IMG/VR virus record: IMGVR_UViG_3300043451_000318
Location: 1 to 41,655 of that record
DNA length: 41,655 nucleotides
Direction: 5' to 3' (one strand)
DNA from: a virus
Lineage: Duplodnaviria; Caudoviricetes
The notes under the pieces are model-generated. The model was given only the letters and a program-made list of their open reading frames with translations, did no database searches and was not told where the DNA came from. The number at the start of each line of letters is the position of its first letter. Position 1 is the first letter of the stretch. The position numbers and the translations under genes were made by a program. Shown here piece by piece: positions 1 through 8,891 of this stretch.

Positions 1-453
1 ATGGTGAGCAAACGCGCAGTCATGAAGTGTTGGGTGTGTTCACGGCAGGCCAGAGGATTCGGTCATACGGACATTCGGTTTTCGGTGGGGCGTGCAGCAC
101 GTTACCCCGTCGATTGGGTGTTTTGCTCGCAGCGTTGCCAGCGGTGTTTTCACAAACTCTACGAAGCAGGCGTGCGTTTGCTCAACCATGGCGATGTACG
201 CATCTCGGTGAAGGAGGGCGATGTGATTGATCCTTCCGAAGCTGAGATGGCCGCCATGCGTCGTTGCCTCAAACCCTTGGGCGAGGCAGCGAACGAAGTG
301 GGCATGGACCGCGCGCTGAGTACTTACTCACAGGAAGAGGCCTTGCTCTTGATCAACGCGGTGGTCACCACCTATGTCGAAGCGATGGTGCAAGCGCATG
401 AAGCGAGCAAGTACCCGCCCTTGCGGATGCTTGGCCACGAGTCCTACGGCTAG
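1..453 (+). CDS. Phage protein with N-terminal Zn-finger-like Cys motifs (resembles DUF6511 proteins)
   Basis: CWVC and FCSQRCQ motifs; lies upstream of the primase; alternative start ATG at 22. Confidence 0.7.
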   Translation: MVSKRAVMKCWVCSRQARGFGHTDIRFSVGRAARYPVDWVFCSQRCQRCFHKLYEAGVRLLNHGDVRISVKEGDVIDPSEAEMAAMRRCLKPLGEAANEVGMDRALSTYSQEEALLLINAVVTTYVEAMVQAHEASKYPPLRMLGHESYG

Positions 454-470
454 ACCTAGATCTAAGCCCC

Positions 471-507
471 AGACGCAGTAAGAGCTGCTGCGTCTTATTC
501 AATTTTC
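471..507 (+). terminator. Possible weak intrinsic terminator
   Basis: AGACGCAG (471-478) / CTGCGTCT (488-495) stem followed by TATTCAATTTT, just after the stop at 453. Confidence 0.35.
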
Positions 508-554
508 AAACCTGATGCTGACCACTGCGGTGGTTGGTAGGGAGAGCTTTTGCC

Positions 555-860
555 ATGACAAATCAAACACCCCGAAATTCACACACCAACTCAAACTCCT
601 TCGAGACCATGCTCTCGTCTGAGCAAGCTGCCATCGCGTTCAACCTGCCTTTTTACTTTTTCCGCAATCCCTATAAGCGCAAGAAGCTTCAGATCCCGCA
701 TTACTACATCAACAAGCTGGTGCGCTATCGCCTCAACGAGTTGCGGGTGTGGCATGCACAACTAGGTGAGCTACTCGCGGCGCAAGCAAAGGAGGCACAG
801 GACCAACTGGTGTCTGAGCGATCTCGCCACTCTCAAGGAGGCGAGGCTGCACATGCTTGA
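555..860 (+). CDS. Small DNA-binding protein, excisionase/AlpA-like winged HTH
   Basis: GGAGAG SD before ATG555; pattern MLSSEQAA...IPHYYINKLVRYRLNELRVW typical of Xis-like proteins; stop overlaps the primase start. Confidence 0.65.
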   Translation: MTNQTPRNSHTNSNSFETMLSSEQAAIAFNLPFYFFRNPYKRKKLQIPHYYINKLVRYRLNELRVWHAQLGELLAAQAKEAQDQLVSERSRHSQGGEAAHA

Positions 861-3171
861 TTTCAATGACCCTGCCCAAGAGGCGTTTCGCAAAACGATT
901 CCGTCTAAAACGGATAGCTCGCGCGAAAAAGACGATATCCGACAAGCTTTGCTTGAGCGCTTGAGCACACTCATTGCTGAGATTTGGCCAGCAGGCAAAC
1001 GCCGTAACACCAAGTACTTGGTGGGCGATGTGATGGGCGGCCCAGGTGACAGTTTGGAGTTGCTGCTCTCAGGCCCCAAAGCAGGACTGTGGACTGACCG
1101 CGCAACAGGTGAGGGTGGTGACATCTTCGATCTGATTGCACGTCACTACCAGCTCAACACACAGACCCATTTCCCGGATGTGCTCAAACGTGCCAAGGAT
1201 TTACTGGGTCGAGTGGACTCACTGCCGCAACGCCCCCCAAGTAAAGACAAGGCCAAAACGCCTGCAGTCGATGACCTTGGGCCCGCTACTGCCAAGTGGG
1301 ACTACCAAGATGCATCAGGCAAGCTGATTGCGGTGGTCTACCGCTATGACCCTGAACCCGGCAAGAAAGAGTTTCGTCCATGGGATGTGAAACGTCGCAA
1401 GATGGCACCCCCTGACCCGCGCCCCTTGTTCAACCAACCCGGCATCTCGTACGCCGAGAGAATCGTTCTGGTCGAGGGTGAGAAGTGCGCTCAAGCGCTC
1501 ATTGAGTTGGGCGTGTGCGCCACGACTGCCATGCACGGTGCTAATGCGCCCGTGGATAAAACCGACTGGACACCACTTGCTGGCAAGCATGTGCTTATCT
1601 GGCCTGACCGCGATAAGCCTGGCTGGGACTATGCGGACCGTGCGTCACAAGCCATCCTGCTCGCGGGGGCACTCAGCTGCGCAATCCTCCAGCCCCCAGA
1701 GGAAAAACCTGAAGGCTGGGATGTGGCCGATGCGCGCGTCGAAGGATTTGATGTCGCTGGTTTTATCGCGGCAGGTGACCGCATGCCTGTTGTGCGTCAA
1801 GCCGACGAGAACATGGCAACAGACATCGTGGATGGACTGGACTACACCACTGAAGATGGCTTGGCCATGGCGTTTACGCGTCAGTTTGGTGAGGACTGGC
1901 GGTTTTGTTCACCATGGGGCAAATGGTTGGTGTGGAATGGCGTGCGCTGGAACATCGACAAGTCGCTCTATGTGCATCACCTGAGTCGAACGGTTTGTCG
2001 TGCCGCGTCCTACAAAGCAGACACGCCAAGACTCAAGTCCCGCTTGGCTGGCTCGAGCACCATGTCTGCGATTGAACGCATCGTTCGCACCGACCCACGT
2101 CACAGTGCGACCGTTGAGGAGTGGGATGCCGATCCTTGGTTGCTCAACACGCCTGGTGGAATCATTGACCTCAGGCGTGGCGGAATGGGGCCGCACAGGC
2201 GCGATCGACGCATGACCAAGGTCACCACAGCCACACCCAAAGGCGAAAGCCCCGTGTGGGCTAATTTCCTTGAGAACGTGACTGGAGGCGACAAAGAGTT
2301 GCAGCTGTACTTGCAACGCGTGGTGGGCTACTGCCTTACGGGCGATATCAGCACGCACGCCTTGTTCTTCCTGTACGGCACAGGGGCTAACGGCAAGTCC
2401 GTGTTCGTCAACGTCATCTCAACCATCTTGGGTGACTACGCGGCCAACGCTCCCATGGACACGTTCATGGAAACACGCTCAGACCGTCACCCAACAGACC
2501 TCGCGGGCTTGCGTGGCGCACGTTTCGTCTCGGCCACAGAAACCGAGCAGGGCAGGCGTTGGAACGAATCCAAGATCAAAGCCATCACAGGTGGTGACTT
2601 GGTGACGGCTCGACTGATGCACCAAGACTTCTTCACCTACCCGCCTCAGTTCAAGCTCTTGATTGCGGGCAACCACAAGCCCGCCATTCGAAACATCGAT
2701 GAGGCGATGCGTCGTCGCATGCACTTGATCCCTTTCACGATCACGGTGCCGCCTGAGAAACGTGACCCCTTGCTCACGGAGAAGTTGCTCTCTGAGCGCG
2801 ACGGCATCTTGGCTTGGGCGCTACAGGGTTGTTTGCTCTGGCAGCAGATCGGGCTCAAGCAACCTCTCTCGGTGACCAGTGCCACGGATGAGTATTTCGA
2901 GGGCGAAGACGCCATGGGGCGTTGGATGGATGAGCGCTGCAAGCTTGGAGCCAATGACAAAGCGCTGACGGTGACTCTCTTCAACGATTGGAAGCAATGG
3001 GCCGAGATGAGCGGTGAGTTTGTGGGCACACAACGCCGATTTTCTGATGCGCTCATTACTCGACGTTTCGACAAGTGGCGCAACTCCATGGGCGTTCGTG
3101 GCTTTGCGGGTATCGACATCAAACAGCCCACCAATTTCCCTAATCGAAGCTACCCCTACAACGATAACTAG
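853..3171 (+). CDS. P4-family primase/helicase (TOPRIM + D5_N + SF3 helicase)
   Basis: TOPRIM VLVEGEKCA and WPDRDKPG; Walker A GTGANGKS; GNHKP and RRMHLIPF SF3 motifs; ATG853 has an SD and overlaps the upstream stop. Confidence 0.93.
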   Translation: MLDFNDPAQEAFRKTIPSKTDSSREKDDIRQALLERLSTLIAEIWPAGKRRNTKYLVGDVMGGPGDSLELLLSGPKAGLWTDRATGEGGDIFDLIARHYQLNTQTHFPDVLKRAKDLLGRVDSLPQRPPSKDKAKTPAVDDLGPATAKWDYQDASGKLIAVVYRYDPEPGKKEFRPWDVKRRKMAPPDPRPLFNQPGISYAERIVLVEGEKCAQALIELGVCATTAMHGANAPVDKTDWTPLAGKHVLIWPDRDKPGWDYADRASQAILLAGALSCAILQPPEEKPEGWDVADARVEGFDVAGFIAAGDRMPVVRQADENMATDIVDGLDYTTEDGLAMAFTRQFGEDWRFCSPWGKWLVWNGVRWNIDKSLYVHHLSRTVCRAASYKADTPRLKSRLAGSSTMSAIERIVRTDPRHSATVEEWDADPWLLNTPGGIIDLRRGGMGPHRRDRRMTKVTTATPKGESPVWANFLENVTGGDKELQLYLQRVVGYCLTGDISTHALFFLYGTGANGKSVFVNVISTILGDYAANAPMDTFMETRSDRHPTDLAGLRGARFVSATETEQGRRWNESKIKAITGGDLVTARLMHQDFFTYPPQFKLLIAGNHKPAIRNIDEAMRRRMHLIPFTITVPPEKRDPLLTEKLLSERDGILAWALQGCLLWQQIGLKQPLSVTSATDEYFEGEDAMGRWMDERCKLGANDKALTVTLFNDWKQWAEMSGEFVGTQRRFSDALITRRFDKWRNSMGVRGFAGIDIKQPTNFPNRSYPYNDN

Positions 3172-3180
3172 GAGATAAAA

Positions 3181-3363
3181 ATGAAACTAAGGAATTCAAA
3201 AACAGGTACTTTGACACTTGCGACATTACTTAACAGTAGTTCTCTACGCGTACGTACATACGCGCATAAAGAGAAGGAATGTTTTAAAACGTCAAATGCG
3301 TCATTTGACGCATTTGCCTTTCCATCGGCACATGGATATTTCACGATTGGAGGTGTTCAATGA
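3181..3363 (+). CDS. Hypothetical 60-aa ORF overlapping a palindrome-rich segment
   Basis: AGGAG SD before ATG3181 and ATGA overlap with the next gene, but the sequence is dominated by inverted repeats and may be mainly cis-acting. Confidence 0.35.
   Translation: MKLRNSKTGTLTLATLLNSSSLRVRTYAHKEKECFKTSNASFDAFAFPSAHGYFTIGGVQ
3290..3316. repeat. Perfect 11-bp inverted repeat, candidate replication-origin element
   Basis: CAAATGCGTCA (3293-3303) TT TGACGCATTTG (3306-3316); an overlapping second IR CGTCAAATG/CATTTGACG (3290-3310). Confidence 0.6.
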
Positions 3364-3596
3364 ACATTCCCCAACCGCACTATCCATCGCCCCTTGGGCG
3401 CATGCAAGCCAATCCCATGGATGTTGAAGCCACTAAGCGCCAAGGGTGGCGAGAGCAAAACATCTTGGTCATCTCTGAGCAAGACACACGTCTGAACTTC
3501 TTGGAGCGTCAACTCATTCGCAGCATTGGTGAGCGGCTCTACGGGCAAACTAACCATGCTCCACTAAACCCACCAAAGCGAGGCCAGCATGGATGA
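3360..3596 (+). CDS. Phage hypothetical protein
   Basis: GGAGG SD; overlaps both neighbours in a coupled arrangement. Confidence 0.75.
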   Translation: MNIPQPHYPSPLGRMQANPMDVEATKRQGWREQNILVISEQDTRLNFLERQLIRSIGERLYGQTNHAPLNPPKRGQHG

Positions 3597-3993
3597 GGTG
3601 TGGACGATTGATGTTGTGGCTGAGCGTTTCACGGAAGCAGCACGCACTGCGAGGCGACTGCCTCGAGTGACGGTGCAAGGCTACGTGAGCACTTGGCCAG
3701 TGGTCGCGCAAAGTGAACTCGAGGCATATCCCGATCGCGAGAAGCTTTATCGATTGCCGCCACCAAGTCCCAAGGACGTGGACCTGATGCTTGAGGTCAT
3801 GCAGTGGGTGCAAGTCTTGGAGTTGGATGAGCGGCACTTGGTGTGGATGCGCGCCAAGCGGTACGACTGGCGAGAGATCGGTAAGCGCTTTGGCTGCGAC
3901 CGCACCACAGCGTGGAGACGTTGGAAGCGGGACATGCAAGTCGTGACCGACAAGCTCAACGCCAAAGCAAAACTATCTGCGAATCGTTTGTGA
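3589..3993 (+). CDS. HTH protein with sigma region 4-like C-terminus (resembles DUF6362); candidate late transcription regulator
   Basis: C-terminal WREIGKRFGCDRTTAWRRW HTH; last early gene before the packaging module, the position of Q/RinA-type regulators. Confidence 0.7.
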   Translation: MDEVWTIDVVAERFTEAARTARRLPRVTVQGYVSTWPVVAQSELEAYPDREKLYRLPPPSPKDVDLMLEVMQWVQVLELDERHLVWMRAKRYDWREIGKRFGCDRTTAWRRWKRDMQVVTDKLNAKAKLSANRL

Positions 3994-4285
3994 GGGTTCT
4001 AGCGTGATTTGAAGTGAGTAAGCGGCGCAGTTAAATGGGGAGAGGAAATGCGCGGCTTTTGAGCCCAAATCACGCTGCAACATTTCAGCGTTTTGAAGCT
4101 ACATTTCTGTCTATGGTCGCGGCAGTTGTGAGTCAAGTGAACCCACACAGTGACCGTAAGTGGCTAAGTGAGAAAGAGTAAGTGACTCGTAGCGCGTGAC
4201 CTCACGAATCCATGCGCCATCTCAGGCACAAAACGCTCAACCACTGGCGTCAATCAAGCCAAGTTACCCCCAACTTCCTGAATTC

Positions 4286-4390
4286 ACGGGTCCTTCCTGG
4301 CGATAAACCTATGCGGGGGGCAAAGGTGCGAGATTTCGATACCGACAGCCCCGAAATCCGGGTGCGCAGTACGCACCGGGTACGCACCTC
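4286..4390 (+). other. Candidate cos (packaging) site
   Basis: ACGGGTCCTTCCTGGCGAT contains the lambda cosQ core GGGTCCT (4288-4294), followed by the imperfect dyad ACCTATGC-GGGGG-GCAAAGGT (4307-4327) and repeated GTACGCACC (4369, 4380). Confidence 0.6.
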
Positions 4391-4411
4391 AGTCTTTGTC
4401 GACTTAGTCGG

Positions 4412-5329
4412 TTAGCCCCAAGGCACCAAATCGCCAACAGAAGTTGCAGCAAGTAATTTTTTGTGACTCGTGTAGCGAGGTCCTTGCATTGTTCCCTGTG
4501 GCGCCGAACCGATAGGAATGGGGCCAATTGCTTGAGCTGGAGATTTGAAAATGACTTTGTACTTGCCTTCATCGCCATACGGTTCGATTCGATCGATTTC
4601 GGCAATGTGTGTAATGGCACTGATGGGTGAGACTTGGTAAGCGGCAATCCAACGGAACCTGCCAAGTTTTCCTGCAGCAATCCGAATCGCGTACCAGCAA
4701 TTTTCACCAATAAAAACCTTGTTGAATCCTTCCTCGTGTGCAGGAACTACGACCGTGTCATAACCAGCATCAGCAGATGTGACAGGTACTGAGGAAACCG
4801 TAACCACATTCGCTTTTTCAAAGATGCGCAGGTTAATGAGTGGAAGTATTTGAAGAATCTCTCTCAAAAATGCAGAGCAGTCAGCGCGTTCTTGGACACT
4901 AATCGTTGGCTCTTTAGGCGTTTGATTGTTGAGTAATTTGCAGCGATTGACCTCTTGTGCTTTGCGTATCAAAGCAAATTCAAGCCATTGAATATGCAGC
5001 TTGTTGAGGTTGTTTGATGGCGAAACGAAAACGACGGCATGTGACCAAAAATCTTTTTTGTCGAAGTGACTTTGAAGACGATCGCGAACCCCGTCACTTT
5101 CACCAACATAAACCGACAAAAGATCATCGTCTTCAACGTGGCCAAAAAGCACGTAGACACCTACAGGGCCACCATCAGAACCTTTTAGAAAGTCACCATC
5201 TCTGACAGAAATCCATTTCTCTCTGGGAAAAGCTATTCCAAGTCCGGTCCAGTTCATACGATCAATGATTCGTACGCCTTCGGGCTCACCGTCAGGAACA
5301 AAGATACGAATCGTGAACGGATCTGCCAT
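4412..5329 (-). CDS. GIY-YIG nuclease family protein with additional C-terminal domain
   Basis: GVYVLFG...VYVGES...RL..H...KDFW...LE motif set; GGAG SD before ATG5329; opposite strand and more AT-rich than the flanks. Confidence 0.85.
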   Translation of the reverse strand: MADPFTIRIFVPDGEPEGVRIIDRMNWTGLGIAFPREKWISVRDGDFLKGSDGGPVGVYVLFGHVEDDDLLSVYVGESDGVRDRLQSHFDKKDFWSHAVVFVSPSNNLNKLHIQWLEFALIRKAQEVNRCKLLNNQTPKEPTISVQERADCSAFLREILQILPLINLRIFEKANVVTVSSVPVTSADAGYDTVVVPAHEEGFNKVFIGENCWYAIRIAAGKLGRFRWIAAYQVSPISAITHIAEIDRIEPYGDEGKYKVIFKSPAQAIGPIPIGSAPQGTMQGPRYTSHKKLLAATSVGDLVPWG

Positions 5330-5377
5330 AAGAGTCTCCAATTGGCCGTTCGGCCTTAAGTATGCATAAGCCTTTCT

Positions 5378-5620
5378 TTAGCTTATCACTACCTCTCCAG
5401 CTGTCACATAAGCCTCAAGCTTTTCGGTCGGCAAAAACAAACTGCTTTCATTATCTTTGCGAATTTCAAGGAACCCATCCTTGACCGGACCCACGACCTC
5501 ATAGGTCCCCGCGACGAGTGGTGCGAATCCCGCATCGCTTCCGTCTTTGAAATGTTGACGGACTAAGACCCCGTTAATGACTGTTATCCGCACTTCAGCT
5601 GTTCGTTGTTGTTTGCGCAA
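5378..5620 (-). CDS. Hypothetical small protein
   Basis: Fills the gap upstream of the nuclease on the same strand; globular-looking composition; start uncertain. Confidence 0.5.
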   Translation of the reverse strand: MRKQQRTAEVRITVINGVLVRQHFKDGSDAGFAPLVAGTYEVVGPVKDGFLEIRKDNESSLFLPTEKLEAYVTAGEVVIS

Positions 5621-5637
5621 TTTTACTAAGGCCCCTC

Positions 5638-6894
5638 ATGACACCCGAGATCCGAATGGTCGCGGTCGATACGCTCATCCCGTACGCCCGCAATGCCCGC
5701 ACGCACAACGATTCACAAGTTGCTCAGATTGCAGCTTCGATTGCCGAATACGGCTGGACCAACCCGATCCTCACAGACGGTGAGCGGGGCGTCATTGCAG
5801 GCCATGGTCGTTTGATGGCAGCCAGAAAACTCGACCTCAAAGAGGTGCCCGTCATCGAGTTGGCGCACCTGACCCCAGAGCAAAAGAAGGCCTACATCTT
5901 GGCCGACAACCGCATTGCGGAGAACGCGGGATGGGATCAAGAGCTTTTGAAGCTTGAGTTGGCTGAGCTCCAAGCTGCTGACTACGACCTCTCGCTCATG
6001 GGGTTCACGGATGAAGAGATTGATGACCTGCTCAATCCAGAAGATGAAGGCGGTGGTTTAACCGAGGATGATGCAATCCCAGAACCACCAGTAGATCCTG
6101 TTTCCAGACCTGGGGACTTGTGGATTCTCGGCAACCACCGCCTCCTTTGTGGTGACTCAACAGTGCTCTCGGATGTGGAGCGCCTAATGGATGGGCAACT
6201 GGCCGACATGGCTTTCACAGACCCGCCCTACAACGTGGACTACGGCAACAATGCCAAAGACAAGATGCGCGGTAAAGACCGTCGCATCCTGAACGATGCT
6301 TTGGGTGATGGGTTTTACAAGTTTCTCTACGACGCCTGTCTGAACTTGCTGATCATGACCAAGGGTGCTTGCTACGTGTGCATGAGCTCTTCTGAGCTGC
6401 ACACCTTGCAAAAAGCTTGGCTCGATGCTGGCGGCAAATGGTCCACCTTTGTGATTTGGGCGAAGAACTCGTTCACGTTAGGACGTGCTGACTATCAGCG
6501 CCAGTACGAACCCATCCTCTACGGCTGGAAGCAGGGCTCGGACCACTTCTGGTGTGGGGACCGTGACCAAGCGGACGTTTGGTTCTACAACAAGCCCCGT
6601 GTCAACGACTTGCATCCCACGATGAAACCCGTTGAGCTGGTTGAGCGCGCTGTGAAAAATTCATCCAAGAGCCGAGACATCGTGCTGGACTTGTTTGGCG
6701 GCTCAGGCACCACAGCGATTGCTTGTGAAAAAACCAACCGACATGCCCGACTCATGGAGTTGGATCCTAAGTTTGTCGATGTAATCGTCAAGCGTTGGGA
6801 GGATTTCACGGGCAAGAAGGCGGTGCTTCATCGCGCTGAAGCGCTAGAGCTTGATGCAACTCAAGTTGTAGCCGAAAACCCTTTAGCGAATTGA
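5638..6894 (+). CDS. ParB/Srx N-terminal domain fused to a beta-class N6A/N4C DNA methyltransferase
   Basis: LIPYARNARTH, IAGHGRL and LADNR (ParB-like); catalytic DPPY precedes HPTMKP and the SAM-binding LDLFGGSGTT. Confidence 0.92.
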   Translation: MTPEIRMVAVDTLIPYARNARTHNDSQVAQIAASIAEYGWTNPILTDGERGVIAGHGRLMAARKLDLKEVPVIELAHLTPEQKKAYILADNRIAENAGWDQELLKLELAELQAADYDLSLMGFTDEEIDDLLNPEDEGGGLTEDDAIPEPPVDPVSRPGDLWILGNHRLLCGDSTVLSDVERLMDGQLADMAFTDPPYNVDYGNNAKDKMRGKDRRILNDALGDGFYKFLYDACLNLLIMTKGACYVCMSSSELHTLQKAWLDAGGKWSTFVIWAKNSFTLGRADYQRQYEPILYGWKQGSDHFWCGDRDQADVWFYNKPRVNDLHPTMKPVELVERAVKNSSKSRDIVLDLFGGSGTTAIACEKTNRHARLMELDPKFVDVIVKRWEDFTGKKAVLHRAEALELDATQVVAENPLAN

Positions 6895-6941
6895 CATCTA
6901 ACCGTGTCAGAATCTCGCCCGTTCGTTAATAGGAGATTACG

Positions 6942-7223
6942 TTGAACAAAACCGAATTGATTGAGGCCTTGGCCCACGAAACCGAAATGTCCAAGGCCGC
7001 ATCTGGTCGTGCGATTGATGCATTGCTTGCAATCATCACCAAGACCGTTGCCAAAAAACAAGACGTGCAACTGATTGGCTTTGGTACTTTCAAAGCAAAC
7101 AAGCGTGCTGCTCGTACGGGCAAGAACCCACGTACGGGTGAACCTCTCAAGATCGCAGCAGCGACAGTGCCAAGCTTCAAAGCTGGCGCTGCGTTCAAAG
7201 CAGCTGTGAACAAGAAGAAGTAA
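6942..7223 (+). CDS. hup: HU family DNA-binding protein
   Basis: MNKTELI, LIGFGTF, RAARTGKNPRTGE and PSFKAG signatures; AGGAG SD before a TTG start. Confidence 0.95.
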   Translation: MNKTELIEALAHETEMSKAASGRAIDALLAIITKTVAKKQDVQLIGFGTFKANKRAARTGKNPRTGEPLKIAAATVPSFKAGAAFKAAVNKKK

Positions 7224-7245
7224 TCACTTCGCTTGTGCATCGCAC

Positions 7246-7283
7246 AAGGCGGCAAAGGCTTAGGCCTTGCCGCCTTTTCTTTT
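7246..7283 (+). terminator. Intrinsic terminator between convergent genes
   Basis: AAGGCGGCAA...TTGCCGCCTT stem followed by TTCTTTT. Confidence 0.75.
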
Positions 7284-7641
7284 ACCCCAAGCGCGCGACA
7301 TAACGGGCGTAGTCTCCGCCCTCTGGGTTGACGTAGAGGTGGGGGCGGCCAGGTGCTTTGATCTCAACGCAGAAGAATCCGTCGCCTGTACCGCCGCCTT
7401 TGCCCGCAAGCCACTCGCGTGACTTGAGTAACGTGCGACCAAAGGTGTCGAACTCTTCGGGGCTCATCTCGCGGGTTTCTGTGACGAGCACTTTGTAGTT
7501 GCCGTAGCCACCAATCTCATCGAGGCTGCAGGGTTTGCGTGCAAAGGGGAGCTCAACGCTGAGCTCTTCAACTTCGATTGGTTTTCCATCGAAGGTCAAG
7601 GTTCGGGGTGTGCGCTCGATCGTGATGGTCATGGTGCTCAT
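7282..7641 (-). CDS. Phage hypothetical protein
   Basis: ATGA overlap (7638-7641) with the upstream gene and an AGGAG SD. Confidence 0.75.
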   Translation of the reverse strand: MSTMTITIERTPRTLTFDGKPIEVEELSVELPFARKPCSLDEIGGYGNYKVLVTETREMSPEEFDTFGRTLLKSREWLAGKGGGTGDGFFCVEIKAPGRPHLYVNPEGGDYARYVARLG

Positions 7642-8135
7642 GCTGCAACTCCTTCGTTGCAAATGCGGTAAGTACGCTCTTGGCCCGTGATCTTTTCTGA
7701 GGTGATGGTGAGGCCCAGTTTCTTCTTGAGGGATCCAGCCATCGCACCGCGCACCGTATGTGACTGCCAGCCAGTGGCTTCAACCAATTGATTCAAGGTT
7801 GCACCGTCGGGGCGCTTGAGCAACTCAATCATTTGAGCTTGCTTGCTGTTTTCTCGTACACGCGGTGTTTTGGTGATGGCTGGCGCATCAGTCAAATCTG
7901 GCGCTGATGCTTTATCAGCGCTTTTGCGTGGGACACCAAGCGCGTCGTAGCCCTCGGCTGCAATGAACCAGTTGCTGGCGCTCTTGGTGATGAGCGCGCG
8001 GTTGAACAAACCGTCGAGCACCTTTTGTCGAGCGCCGCCTTTGATGTTCTCTGGGAACCATTCAATCTTCCCGTTGGTGTGCTGGTGGGCGTGGGCAAGG
8101 ATGGCTTGTTGGGTGGCTGTGAGTGTGGTGGTCAT
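7638..8135 (-). CDS. DUF3489-like winged-HTH protein
   Basis: RENSKQAQMIELLKRPDGAT...ATGWQSHTVRGAMAGSLKKKLGL motif typical of this family. Confidence 0.85.
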   Translation of the reverse strand: MTTTLTATQQAILAHAHQHTNGKIEWFPENIKGGARQKVLDGLFNRALITKSASNWFIAAEGYDALGVPRKSADKASAPDLTDAPAITKTPRVRENSKQAQMIELLKRPDGATLNQLVEATGWQSHTVRGAMAGSLKKKLGLTITSEKITGQERTYRICNEGVAA

Positions 8136-8162
8136 GTGTTTCTCCGGTTGAGTTGTTTGGGG

Positions 8163-8366
8163 TTACTTCTTGATGTTGTGAATCTGGCTGGCGCGATCAA
8201 AGCCAACCCAGTGGCCTTCTTTGTCCAAACCGCGTGAGGCCAGCTCTTCTCGGGCTAAGCGGTTCAAGTCCAGCTCTCCCTTTGCTGCAGCCGATAAGGC
8301 TTTGATGCCAGCGATCTGGATAAAGCCCACCTCATCGAGGGTGAGGCCATTTGTTGTGTAAGTCAT
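8163..8366 (-). CDS. Phage hypothetical protein
   Basis: AAGGAG SD before ATG8366; GELDLNRLAREELASRGLD..G.WVGF motif. Confidence 0.75.
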   Translation of the reverse strand: MTYTTNGLTLDEVGFIQIAGIKALSAAAKGELDLNRLAREELASRGLDKEGHWVGFDRASQIHNIKK

Positions 8367-8435
8367 CGTTTCAAGCTCCTTGGGGTTGTTGATGGTTTGC
8401 ATGTCTTTTCCAAATATTTCTTTGTGAGGTGCGTG

Positions 8436-8465
8436 ATGAACGCTTCTATTTCCGATCGAGTCAAG
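8436..8465 (-). promoter_or_regulatory. Repeated promoter-like motif, copy 1
   Basis: Minus strand CTTGACT-N12-GAAGCGTTCAT; same motif and spacing at 8776-8805. Confidence 0.55.
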
Positions 8466-8502
8466 CGAGTGGTGAATCTCTTGCTGGAACTCTTTGTTGT
8501 CC

Positions 8503-8730
8503 TTAAGCCTTCTTTGTTCTCTTTTTCAAAGCCGCTTCAACCCCAGCCTGAACCCCTGCCTCAAACGCAGCCTTCAGAGCCGACTCAATCGCCCAAACCG
8601 AAACGTCGTAGAAGTCCAAGCGGTCAGAGTTCTGGGTCTTCAAGGTCTGCACAAAAAAGTGCTTCAAAGCGATCTCCTCCAAAAGCGAAGAGGGCGCGGT
8701 GATCGCGTGGGCTGTGGTGTGGTGGTTCAT
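8503..8730 (-). CDS. Small phage protein (resembles DUF6900)
   Basis: TLKTQNSDRLDFYDVSVWAIESALKAAFEAG motif; GGAG SD before ATG8730. Confidence 0.8.
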   Translation of the reverse strand: MNHHTTAHAITAPSSLLEEIALKHFFVQTLKTQNSDRLDFYDVSVWAIESALKAAFEAGVQAGVEAALKKRTKKA

Positions 8731-8775
8731 CAATCGCTCCAAAAAAATTAATCAAATGCGTCAGCGCATGTACGT

Positions 8776-8805
8776 ATGAACGCTTCATTCGTGAACAAGA
8801 TCAAG
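8776..8805 (-). promoter_or_regulatory. Repeated promoter-like motif, copy 2
   Basis: Minus strand CTTGATC-N12-GAAGCGTTCAT, upstream of the 8730 start. Confidence 0.55.
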
Positions 8806-8891
8806 TTGTTCTTTGAGTCAGACTGAATCACTTGGACATGAGTGCGCTTTAGTACGCTTATTCGCGCGCACGCACTCACAGGACCTCATTC

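Noticed and set aside
6926-7255. 109-aa minus-strand ORF
   Set aside because: Antisense shadow of the HU gene.
8397-8751. Plus-strand ORFs of 101 and 85 aa
   Set aside because: They overlap the better-supported minus-strand gene 8503-8730 and have low-complexity, non-family sequence.
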